Positions 32,877-43,087 of a stretch of DNA of 64,000 bases are shown one piece after another (position 1 is the first letter of the stretch; each line of letters begins with the position of its first letter). The notes under the pieces are model-generated. The model was not told where the DNA came from. It saw only the letters and a program-made list of their open reading frames with translations, and searched no databases. This DNA is from an uncultured Gemmatimonadaceae bacterium (GTDB lineage Bacteria; Gemmatimonadota; Gemmatimonadetes; Gemmatimonadales; Gemmatimonadaceae): contig CAWJMB010000001.1 of the NCBI GenBank assembly GCA_963843845.1, forward strand, positions 64,001 through 128,000, read 5' to 3'. The position numbers and the translations under genes are program-made.

Positions 32877-33420
32877 GACCGGGACCTCCAGCGTTCACGA
32901 CGTGATCGCGCCGTGAGGCGAGCCTGCACACCCACTGAAGGACCTCCAGCGTTCACTGACAGAAGCTACCCCATCACGCCCAGACTGCAAGCACCGCACA
33001 CGTCGCGGCTCGTCGCATCGCCACAGAGCGACGGAGAGGGCGCGCGTCGATGGGTCCAAGTCCATGGGAATACAGCATTTCTGCGATTCGAGCGGTGCGC
33101 CGGGCGCCACCACCGGTGCGGGGAAGGGGTGCCGGGAGCCCATGACCCGAATGTGGGAACCCGTTCCCTCCATTGCCGGTCAGGGTGTGAACGTTGAAGG
33201 TCCTCGCACGAAGCATGAACGCTCCGGGAGCTTCGCATGATCCGCGGACGCCGGGTGACGTGAACGCGAGGACACGCGGCCGTGAACGTCGGGGCTCCCT
33301 CGCGACATGCGATCATCCACGTAAGACATTGTCGATACACGACTTGTATCTCACCGCCCGGGCGTTCTCCACAGGCGTCTTGGAGGAGTGGAGGGTTGGG
33401 GTGTGGTATCGATACAACAA
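32860..33420. other. Putative iteron-type replication origin
   Basis: 17-bp repeats GGACCTCCAGCGTTCAC on + at 32860, 32882, 32940 and inverted at 33187, 33215, 33260, 33282; DnaA-box-like TTCTCCACA at 33365; directly upstream of rep. Confidence 0.7.
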
Positions 33421-33551
33421 CACTCTCCATCCCCCGTTGGTGCGCGCAGCGCGGCAGCTCCGGGCGATCGGGAAGTCGTCGGGATGCGGGGTTCCCATGC
33501 CGACGTCCGCCCGCTTGCCGGTGATATCGAGGCGGTCTACGTTCGCACTCC

Positions 33552-35369
33552 ATGATGTCTGTGCCGGCGGTCCCGATTCGCGCTGATTCGCGGCTGCTCC
33601 TCGCACACGCGGGCACGCCGTCGCTGCCGAGTCCGGTCGCGCTGCAGCTGCTGGACATTCCGTTCGTGTTGCCGCTGAAGCAGCTCCCCGAACGCGTCGG
33701 CGGACAGCTCCCTCGGAGCGCCTACGAGATCACGTACACCCTCCTCGGCGCGGACCGTACACGCTACGAGGTGCGGGTCACGGGCGACCCGGCGCTCGGG
33801 CTTCCCTACGGGCAGGACGCGGACGTGCTGCTGGCACTGTTCAAGATCCTCGAACAGGAGCCGGGACAGCACGACCTCGCGGCCGGCGTGTTTCGCAGCC
33901 CGAGTTATCAGATGATCTGCCGCGCACTCGGCAAGACGCCGACGGGGCGGCGCGTGCGAGAGATCCGCGACGCGCTGATGCGGCTGGCGGGTGTGCGGAT
34001 CTACAGTCGCGTCCTCGTCGACAAGCTCGTGCGCGCGGCGAAGGTGATCGCGGCCGACGGTACGACGCCCGAGGTCCCGACGGCGGGGACCATTCGCCGC
34101 GACGTCACGCACGAGATGCGCTGGCTGCTCGAGTATCGCGCCGAGGAGCGGTTCGAGCGCGCCGGGGAGCTGCGACTCGCCATCGACGGCCCCGGACTCG
34201 CCGATCGTGACGCCGACGAGAGCGTCTCGGGCCACGGGCAGATGTGGATTCGACATCTCGCGCTCAATCCGTTCTGGGTCGCGCAGGCGGTGAGCGGGTG
34301 GGCGGGGTGGATCGACGTCGAGCGCCATGCGCGGCTCAAGAGCCCGACCGCGCGGCGGCTGTATCAGATCTGCGCGGCGACGGCGGCGCGGCAGGTCGCG
34401 GCGCCGTGGGCGTTCCCGGAAGAGGCGCTGACGGCAGCGTGTCTGCTGACGACGAGCGCGACGAAGAAGCCGACGAAGGTGCGTCAGCAGCTCGAGAGCG
34501 CCGCCATCGAGCTGCGCGACGCGGGCGTGCTCGCGAACGCGGAGTGGATCGGCACCCGGCGCGGCCCGAAGACGTTCGCGGTGCAGCCGGCGCCGCTGCT
34601 GCAGTTCGCCGACCTGCTGCGCGGCATCGGTCTCACGGATCCCCCCGACTTCCGCGTGCAGTACGCGGTGCTGCGACATTTCGGCGTGACGCCGGCCAAG
34701 GCGCGGGCGCTGTTGAGCGAGCACCCCGGACAGGTCGGCGAAGTGCTGCTGCGCGCCTGTCATCTCGAGGCGACCGATCCGGCCGCGATCGAGAAGTCGT
34801 GGGCAGGATGGATCATTCACCACGTCCAGGCCGGGACGTCGTTCCGCGGCGAGGTGGAGTTCCAGCGCTGGCGGTCGACGGCGCTCGCCGCGATCGACGC
34901 GCCGGCGGCGATGTCGCGCACGACACCGAACGCGCTCCCGCACGGCTCCGGGCGTGTGCGGCCGGACGGCGGAGCGGGGGGCATCGGCTCCGGCGCACTT
35001 CCGTCGTTCGTCGACGCGCCGATGCCGCGCATCCCGGCGCCCTACGCGTCGCCCACGCCGAGCGGCGAGGCGCGCGCCTGGTGGGAGGCGGCGCTCGGGA
35101 CCGTCCTCCCGACGGTCGGGCCGCTCGATCGCTACGGGATCGAAGTCGCGGTGCCGGTCGCGTGGGAGCTCGCGAACGGCGAGGCGGGCGTGATGACGGT
35201 GTGGGTGCACCACGACGAGGTCGTCGCGGCCAACTCGCTGTCGCGCACGATCCCGCGGTTGGAGGCCGCGCTCGGCGCGCACGCGGGCGTGCCGGTACAG
35301 GTGCACGTCGAGCGGCACGTCCGCGACGCCGCGACGCCGCGACGCCGCGCTGACGACCGGGGCGACTGA
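33552..35369 (+). CDS. Plasmid-type replication initiator (RepA-like) with DnaA_N-like C-terminus
   Basis: GLPYGQDADVLLAL, SYQMICRALG..IRDALMRLAG, LKSPTARRLY; adjacent to parAB and repeats. Confidence 0.75.
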   Translation: MMSVPAVPIRADSRLLLAHAGTPSLPSPVALQLLDIPFVLPLKQLPERVGGQLPRSAYEITYTLLGADRTRYEVRVTGDPALGLPYGQDADVLLALFKILEQEPGQHDLAAGVFRSPSYQMICRALGKTPTGRRVREIRDALMRLAGVRIYSRVLVDKLVRAAKVIAADGTTPEVPTAGTIRRDVTHEMRWLLEYRAEERFERAGELRLAIDGPGLADRDADESVSGHGQMWIRHLALNPFWVAQAVSGWAGWIDVERHARLKSPTARRLYQICAATAARQVAAPWAFPEEALTAACLLTTSATKKPTKVRQQLESAAIELRDAGVLANAEWIGTRRGPKTFAVQPAPLLQFADLLRGIGLTDPPDFRVQYAVLRHFGVTPAKARALLSEHPGQVGEVLLRACHLEATDPAAIEKSWAGWIIHHVQAGTSFRGEVEFQRWRSTALAAIDAPAAMSRTTPNALPHGSGRVRPDGGAGGIGSGALPSFVDAPMPRIPAPYASPTPSGEARAWWEAALGTVLPTVGPLDRYGIEVAVPVAWELANGEAGVMTVWVHHDEVVAANSLSRTIPRLEAALGAHAGVPVQVHVERHVRDAATPRRRADDRGD

Positions 35370-35460
35370 TGGTGCAGGCTCCTGACGAGTCAGGCGCTCC
35401 GTGTCGTCCGGGTCTGACTTCGCTCCGCTCTGGCGATCGGACCGCTCGCGCGACCGTGCG

Positions 35461-36378
35461 TCAGCGCCGCGGAAGCTCGACGCGCCCGCTGCGAGGGTCG
35501 AACGTGCTGCCGGCCGGGAGGAGGTGGAGTCGCACGCCGCTCGCCCCGAGGGTCGGCGCGGCGTCGGGGGTCGTGACGGCGGAGCGCGCGTCGTAGACGA
35601 GCGCGGCGCTCGCGCCCTCGACGGTCCACCGGCCGTCGGCGGTCACGACGATCGCGGTCCCTTCGTCGATGCCGACGCCGAGCATCGTCGGTCGCTCGAG
35701 GACGACGCTGAGCAGGCGGTTGCTGCGCTGGCGGCGGAGAAAGTGCTGGTCGACGATCGCGCCGCGCAGGAAGCCGAAGCCGGGGACGACCTCGATCGTG
35801 CGGCGCGCGACGCGCGGGTAGCCGGACCCGGTCGTGTCGCGCGACCCGTCGGCGGCGAGCTGGTTGCCGGTCAGCATCGAGTCGCTCATGACGGCGGCAC
35901 CCGCGGAGGTGCCACCGACCACGGCGCCGGCCGCCCAGCGCGCGCGGATCGCGCGGAGCGTCGCGGTGCCGGCGAGCGCGCGCGTGAGGCGCGACTGGTC
36001 GCCGCCGGGGAACCAGACCCCCGTCGCGCCGTCGAGCAGCCGCGCGACCGAGTCCGACTCGGCTTGCGCGTGCGTGACGTCGACGACGAACGCGTCGGCG
36101 CCGAACGTGCGCAGCTCGTCGGCTTTCGCGCGCCCCGCGGCGGCGGACTCGCCGCTCGCCATCGGCAGGATCGCGACGCGCGCCTTGCCGCGTCCGCCGG
36201 CGAGCGCGACGAAGTGCTCGACGAGCGCGCGCGGCTGCGTGCCGCCACCGACGATGACGAGCGGACCGGGCGGACGGGTCGCCTGCGCGGCGGCGGGTGT
36301 GGCGACTGCCGCGGCGGCGAGGAGGAGGAGCGCGGGGGCGTGCCTCAGACGGCACGGGCCGACGGTGAGCCGCCGCAC
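35461..36378 (-). CDS. Cyanophycinase (S51 peptidase), signal peptide likely
   Basis: LVIVGGG, GGDQSRL, GGTSAGAAVM, VDQHFLRRQR, GVGIDEGT; start may be 36429. Confidence 0.88.
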   Translation of the reverse strand: MRRLTVGPCRLRHAPALLLLAAAAVATPAAAQATRPPGPLVIVGGGTQPRALVEHFVALAGGRGKARVAILPMASGESAAAGRAKADELRTFGADAFVVDVTHAQAESDSVARLLDGATGVWFPGGDQSRLTRALAGTATLRAIRARWAAGAVVGGTSAGAAVMSDSMLTGNQLAADGSRDTTGSGYPRVARRTIEVVPGFGFLRGAIVDQHFLRRQRSNRLLSVVLERPTMLGVGIDEGTAIVVTADGRWTVEGASAALVYDARSAVTTPDAAPTLGASGVRLHLLPAGSTFDPRSGRVELPRR

Positions 36379-36425
36379 GGCCAGTCGCCTGACGATTCCC
36401 GGCCGGATGTCCGCGCGGCGCGCGC

Positions 36426-37439
36426 TCACTGGTGCTCTCCGAAGATGCGAGCGACCGCTTTCGGGTCGCTCGTCTGCGTGAGCGCGAGCATGAGGAGCAC
36501 GCGGGCCTTGGCGACGTTCAGGTCGCCGGTGCCGATGCGGCCGGCGCCGCCGCCGACAGGAACGCCTCCCGAGCCCGTGCGGCTCCCCGCCACGACGACG
36601 ACGCCCTTCTCCCGGGCGCGACCGAGCGCCTGGGCCATGCCGCTCGTCGTGCCGCCGCGCCCGGCGCCCGCGACGACGATCCCCTTCGCGCCAGCTGCAA
36701 CGAGCGCGTCGATCGCCGCGCCGTCGGCGCCGACGTACGTGTAGACGATGTCGACGCGCGGCAACTGCGTGACGGCGGCGACGTCGAACGTCGGTGCGTG
36801 GCGCGGGTCGCGGTGAAAGACGATGCGCTCGGGGTCGGCGATGCCGACGTCGCCGCGGTACGGGGCGGCGAACGCGTTCGGACGCGTCGTGTTCATCTTC
36901 GTCGCGTCGCGCGCGGCCATGATCTCGTCGTTGAGCACGACCATCGTGCCGCGACCCCGCGCGGCGGCGTTCGCGGCGATGCGCACGGCGGCGAGCAGGT
37001 TCGCCGGCCCGTCGATGCCGACGCCGTCGGCCGGGCGCATCGCGCCGGTGACGACGACCGGGCGCGGGTCGGCGACGGTGAGGTCGAGGAAGTAGGCGGT
37101 CTCTTCGAGCGTGTCGGTGCCGTGCGTGACGACGACGCCGGCGAGGTCGGGGCGGGCGCGCAGCGTGTCGCGGATGGTGCGCGCGAGGTCGAGCCACATC
37201 GCCGGCGTGACGCCGGTCGACGCGACGTTCGCGAACTGCTGGCCGCTGACGCGCGCGACGGTGTCGATCGCCGGCACCGCCTTCAGCAGCGCCTCGACGC
37301 CGATCTTCGCCCCCTGGCCGACGTAATAGTTCGTCGACGCGATGGTGCCCCCGGTCGCGACCACGTGCACCTGCGGCAGTGGCGCCTGCGCGCTCAGCGA
37401 GGCGGCGCAGACGAGAGCGGCGAGCGGGATGAAGCGCAT
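36426..37439 (-). CDS. Type II (secreted) L-asparaginase
   Basis: ATGGTIA, THGTDTLEET, TGAMRP, DGPANL, KARVLLMLAL. Confidence 0.9.
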   Translation of the reverse strand: MRFIPLAALVCAASLSAQAPLPQVHVVATGGTIASTNYYVGQGAKIGVEALLKAVPAIDTVARVSGQQFANVASTGVTPAMWLDLARTIRDTLRARPDLAGVVVTHGTDTLEETAYFLDLTVADPRPVVVTGAMRPADGVGIDGPANLLAAVRIAANAAARGRGTMVVLNDEIMAARDATKMNTTRPNAFAAPYRGDVGIADPERIVFHRDPRHAPTFDVAAVTQLPRVDIVYTYVGADGAAIDALVAAGAKGIVVAGAGRGGTTSGMAQALGRAREKGVVVVAGSRTGSGGVPVGGGAGRIGTGDLNVAKARVLLMLALTQTSDPKAVARIFGEHQ

Positions 37440-37554
37440 GGTGCTCGGTTCGTGAAGAGAGTGTGCCCGCTCCGCGTTCCAGCGCGAACGGAGGGCCGGT
37501 CGTACATAATTCCAGGTCGCCGCTCCCGCCACCATCTCCTTCGTTTTCCCCCTC

Positions 37555-39176
37555 ATGTCTCTCCGCACCGTTCGTCGGGCCCTCTGTCTCGCTGCGCTGC
37601 CCTGTGTCGCGGGCGCGCAGACGTGGCCGACCGACAATCCGACGCTGAAGCGCATCTACACCCTCGGCATGGACAGCTCGTGGACGCAGAAGTTCGCGCA
37701 CACGCTGCTCGACTCGATCGGCCCCCGGCTCACGGGCACCGCACTGCAGAAGGTCGCGAACGACTGGCTCGTGACGACCTACAAGTCGTGGGGCGTGTCG
37801 GCGCGCAACGAGCAGGTCGGGACGTGGCGCGGCTGGCGGCGCGGATGGTCGCACATCGACCTCGTGACGCCGCGCCAGCGCACGCTCGAAGGCACGATGC
37901 TCGGCTTCAGCCCCGGGACCGGCGGGAAGGCGATGACCGCGTCGACGATCGTGCTGCCGCGCTTCGCGGACAGCACCGAGTTCGTGCGCTGGCTGCCGCA
38001 GGCGAAGGGAAAGCTCGTCCTCGTCTCCGCGCCGATGCCGAGCTGCCGGCCGGTCGAGGACTGGGCGACGAACGCGACGCCGGCGTCGAAGGCGCGCTTC
38101 GACAGCACGCGCCGGGCGGTCGTGACGGAGTGGGGCGGGCAGAACGTGCGCGGCACCGGCTACGGGCTCGCGATCGGCACCGGCGCGTTGGGCAAGCGGC
38201 TCGACGAGGCGGGCGTCGGCGGCGTCGTCACGTCGCGGCCGAAGGACGCGTGGGGGACGATCGAGATCTTCGAGACGTACAACACGAAGGCGCCGGCGGT
38301 CACGCTGTCGTGCGAGGACTACGGGCTCGTGTTCCGCCTCACCGAGTCGGGAGCGAAACCGACGCTGCGTCTCGATCTCGACGCGGAGCTCCCGGCGAGC
38401 CGCCCGTGTTCAACACGATCGCCGAGATCAAGGGCATCGGAGAAGCCGAACGAGTACGTGATGCTCTCGGCGCACTTCGACTCGTGGGACGGGTCGTCAG
38501 GCGCGACGGACAACGGCACCGGCACGATCGCGATGCTCGAGGCGATGCGCATCCTGAAGACGGCCTATCCGAAGCCGAAGCGCACGATCCTCGTCGGCCA
38601 CTGGATCGGCGAGGAGCAGGGACTGAACGGCTCGACGCGCGTTCACGGAGGACCATCCCGAGGTCGTCGACGGGCTGCAGGCGCTGTTCAACCAGGACAA
38701 CGGCACGGGGCGCGTCGTGCGGATGGGCGGCGGCGGACTGCCGAACGGCGCGGAGCACCTGACGCAGTGGCTCGGGCAGATCCCGACGGAGCTGAAGGCG
38801 CAGATCAACTTCGGCGGCGTCGGGACCCCGTCGGGCGGGCGGCAGCGACGACGCCTCGTTCGCGTGCTACGGCGCGCCGGCGTTCGGGCTCGGCGCGCTG
38901 GGGTGGGACTACGGCAGCTACACCTGGCACACGAACCGCGACACCTACGACAAGATCGTGTTCGACGACCTCAAGTCGAACGCGACGCTGACGGCGATGC
39001 TCGCGTACCTCGCGAGCGAGGATCCGTCGACGGTGACTCGCGAGCGGGTCGACCTGAACGCGGCGCCGAACGGCGCGGCGGCCGGCGGGCGCGGCGGCGC
39101 GGGCGGCCCGCCCGGTCCGCGCGCGTGGCCGACCTGTCAGAAGGCGCCGCGGACGACGAATCCCCGGCTCCGCTGA
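37555..39176 (+). CDS. M28 peptidase, carboxypeptidase Q-like (frameshifts)
   Basis: DSIGPRLTG, SAHFDSW, ATDNGTG, GEEQGL, WHTNRDTYDK across frames. Confidence 0.85.
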
Positions 39177-39284
39177 GTCGGCGCCGCCCCTCGCATGCGT
39201 CGCGCTCACCTCGTGACAGAGTGCGGACCGGAGCGTAGATAGGGGCGGTCGGCCGCCCCCTCTCTCGCTCCTGCCGCTCCGCAC

Positions 39285-41220
39285 ATGCGTCGCACTCCGC
39301 GCACCGTCGCCGTCGTGGCGGTGCTGGTCGCACTCGCCCCGTCGTTCGCCGCCGCGCAGCCACCGCTCGCGTTCCCCGATCGGCAGTCGGCCACGCTCCC
39401 GCGCGTCCCCGCGACGTACGACGCGTTGCTCGCCGAGTCGAACCTCATGATCCCGATGCGCGACGGCGTGCGGCTGGCGACCGACATCTATCGGCCGGCG
39501 CGGAACGGCGTCGCGGTGACGGAGCGGCTGCCCGTGCTGCTCATCCGCACACCGTACGACAAGGTGCCGCAGCGAGTGCTCGCCGAGTATTTCGCGCAGC
39601 GCGGCTATGTCGTCGCGATGCAGGACATCCGCGGCCGCTACAAGTCGGAAGGGACGTTCGCGAAGGTGCAGCCCGCCGACGCCACCGACGGCTACGACGC
39701 GGTCGAGTGGCTCGCGCAGCAGCCGTACGCGAATGGCCGGGTCGGGCATGTGGGGAACGTCGTTCGCCGCGCACACGCAGGCCGGCGCCGCGCAGCGCCG
39801 TCCGCCGAGCCTCGGCGCGCTGCGTCATCAACATGGGCGGCATGTCGAACGCGTGGGACCACGGCGTGCGCTACCGCGGCACCTACGAGATGGGGCGGCA
39901 GCTCACGTGGGCGTGGGAGCAGCTGCGCGGCCGACGCGCCGAACGCCCGAGGGCCGCCGCTCGCTCGACGCCGGAGAAGGTGGAGGACTGGTACGACGTG
40001 CAGCCGATGCGGCGCGGGCTGAACCCGCTCGTCCGTGGCGCCCGAGTACGAGGGGTGGTACCTCGACTTCTTCGAGCACGCGGACTACGACGCGTTCTGG
40101 AAGGATCCCGATGATGAACTGGTCCGAGCACTACGCGCGAGACGTCGGACATCCCGATGCTCCACGTCGGCGGGTGGTACGACATCTTCCTCGCCGGCAC
40201 GTTCGAGAACTTCGTCGAGCTGCGGAAGCTCAAGAAGGCGCCGCAGCGCGCTGCTCGTCGGCCCGTGGACGCACCACGGCAACACGCGCCCGTATGCCGG
40301 CGACGTCTCGTTCGGCGACGCGGCGACGATCGCCGACTTCGACGGCGACTTGCACCTGCGCTGGTTCGACCACTTCCTGAAGGGGAAGGCGACCGGCGTC
40401 GAGACGCGAAGCGCCGGTGCGCCTGTTCGTCATGGGCACCGGCGACGGCCGCAAGGACGCCGACGGGCGGCTCGTTCCACGGCGGCTACTGGCGCGAACG
40501 CGACACGTGGCCGCTCGCCGGGACGCGGATGGTGCCGTACTACTTCCACGCCGACGGCTCGCTGTCGACCGCGAAGCCTCGCGAGCGGGCGTCGTCGCAC
40601 GACGTACACGTTCGACCCGCGGCATCCGGTGCCGACGATCGGCGGCGGCGTCGTCGGCGCGGCTCAAGGACGGCGCCTACGACCAGCGTGAGGACCCGCG
40701 CTTCCCGCCGTCGCGCGCCGCCGTACCTGCCGCTCAGCGCGCGGTCCGACGTCGTCGTGTTCCAGACCGAGCCGCTGGCGGAGGACGTGGAGGTCATCGG
40801 CCCGATCGAGGTCGACGCTGTACGCGTCGTCGATCGCGCACCGACACGGACTTCACCGCGAAGCTCATCGACGTCTATCCGCCGAGCGCGGACTGGCCGG
40901 CCGGGTTCGACCTGAACCTCACCGACGCGATCGTGCGCGGGCGCTACCGCGCGACGCGCGACCACGCGGTGATGCTGACGCCGGGCACGGTGTATCCGTT
41001 CACGATCGAGCCCTTTCCCACGGCGAACGTGTTCAAGAAGGGGCACCGCATCCGCGTCGACATCTCGAGCAGCAACTTTCCGCGCTTCGACGCCAACCCG
41101 AACACCGGCGAGCCACTCGGCAGGAACCGCCGCGTGGTGACCGCCGACAACACGATCCACCACAGCGCGGCGTACCCGTCGCACATCGTGCTGCCGCTGG
41201 CGCCCGCGCGTCGGCGCTGA
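39285..41220 (+). CDS. CocE/NonD family hydrolase (many frameshifts)
   Basis: MRDGVRLATDIYRP, RTPY, QDIRGRYKSEG, GWYD, GPWTH, SSSNFPRF. Confidence 0.85.
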
Positions 41221-41247
41221 GAGCTGACGCGTTCGCTCGCGTTCGCC

Positions 41248-42565
41248 ATGGTCATCGTCTTCATGACGCTGATCATGACGAAGCGGCTGTCGCCGATCAT
41301 CGCGCTCATCCTCGTTCCCATCGCGTTCGGCCTCGCTCGGCGGCTTCGCGACGAAGCTCGGCCCCATGATGCTGGACGGCATCCGGAACCTCGCGCCCAC
41401 GGGCGTGATGCTGATGTTCGCGATCCTGTACTTCGGCATCATGATCGACGCGGGGCTGTTCGAGCCGTTCGTGCGACGGATCGTGCGCGTCGTGCACGGC
41501 GACCCGGTGCAGATCGTCATCGGAACGGCGGTGCTGGCGCTGCTCGTGTCGCTCGACGGCGACGGATCGACGACCTACATGATCACCGTCGCGGCGATGC
41601 TGCCGCTGTACAGGCGGCTCGGCATCCGGCCGATCGATGCTCGCGTGCGTGACGATGCTCGCCGGCGGCGTGATGAACATCCTCCCGTGGGGCGGGCCGA
41701 CGGCGCGCGCGGCGAGCGCGCTCCAGATCGACAGCGGGCAGATCTTCGTGCCGATGATCCGGCCGATGATCGTCGGCGCGCATGTGGGTGCTGTTCGTCG
41801 CGCGCACGCTCGGGCTGCGCGAGCGGCGCGACCGGCTCGTCGGGTCCGGGCAGCCACGACCTGCCGGAGACGCGCTGAGATCGAGCCGGAGCCGCGAGTC
41901 GGACGCAGGACGCTCCGACGCATGCGCGGCCGAAGCTGCTGTGGGTGAATGCGGCTGCTGACGCGTCGCGCTGCTCGTCGCGCTCATCTCGGGCTGCTGC
42001 CGCTGCCGGTGCTGTTCATGATCGGCTTCGCCGTCGCGATGATGATCAACTACCCGTCGATCGCCGAGCAGAAGGCGCGCATCTCGGCGCATGCGCGGCA
42101 ACTGCCTGGCGGTGGTCGGCGCTGATCTTCGCCGCGGGCATTTTCACCGGCATACTGTCCGGCACGAAGATGGTGGATGCGATGGCGAACAGCGTGGTGC
42201 ATCTCGTGCCGCCGGCGCTGGGCCCCTATCTCGCGATCGTCACGGCGGTGCTCAGCGTGCCGTTCACGTTCTTCATCTCGAACGACGCGTTCTATTTCGG
42301 CGTGCTGCCGATTCTCGCGAAGGCCGGCGCGGCGTACGGCATCAGCGCGGCGGAGATGGGGCGCGCGTCGTGATGGGGCAGCCGGTGCACCTGCTCAGTC
42401 CCACTGGTGCCGTCGACGTATCTGCTCGTGGGACTGGTCGGCGTCGAGTTCGACGAGCACCAGCGGTTCACGCTGAAGTGGATGCTGCTGACGACACTCG
42501 TGCTGCTCGCGGCGGGCGTCGTCGCCGGCGTGATCCCGTTCAGCGGTTACACGTCCCCGCCATGA
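41248..42565 (+). CDS. CitMHS citrate:cation transporter (frameshifts; start approximate)
   Basis: MTKRLSP, FAILYFGIMIDAGLF, DGDGSTT, PWGGPTAR, SNDAFYFG. Confidence 0.85.
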
Positions 42566-42639
42566 ACACGCGCAGCCCGGGCAGCGGCGTGGGCGCGGTC
42601 ACGGATCGGGCGAGAGCGTGATCGGGAGCGCGACGACGC

Positions 42640-43020
42640 GCGGCGGGGCCAGCGACGACGTGGCCGCGCCGCGCTCGCGTCCCCGCTCAGCGACCGCGCG
42701 GTACTGCTCGACGAGCCGCGTGCAGTGAACGAACGCGCCGCCGTCGCCGAGCGCGCCGTCGTAGACCGAGCGGAACACCGTCGCCGGGCCCGAGGGCGGG
42801 GAGGCGGCGCGCGTCCACGGGCGCTGCGGGTCGGCCGAGCGCCGGAAGATCGCGACGCGCGCCGAACGCAGACTCGCCGCCCTGTCTCGTCGCCGCGCGT
42901 CAGCTCCATGCCGACCGCGTTCAGCGCCGAGTCGGGGACCGCGAGCGCGTACCGGCCGGGAACGAGGTCGCGGAGCACGAACGTTTTGTCCGCATCAGTC
43001 GTCGCCGTACAGTCGGTGGC
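42640..43020 (-). pseudogene. Remnant of a carboxypeptidase-regulatory-domain gene
   Basis: TTDADKTFVLRDLVPGRYALAVPDSAL with no intact ORF; boundaries approximate. Confidence 0.35.
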
Positions 43021-43087
43021 GACGAGAGCGGAGCGGCCGTCACCATCAGCAGGATCGCTCGCTGGAGCAGCGTCGCCACGAGTCCTC

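Noticed and set aside
29553..33420. Primary chromosomal oriC
   Set aside because: No dnaA, dnaN, gyrB or rsmG neighbours; only one or two weak DnaA boxes; Rep is plasmid-like
28400..35369. Prophage or ICE
   Set aside because: No integrase, structural or transfer genes, tRNA target or flanking direct repeats seen
35381..35394. Palindrome CCTGACGAGTCAGG after rep
   Set aside because: Single short hairpin between convergent genes; insufficient support for any function
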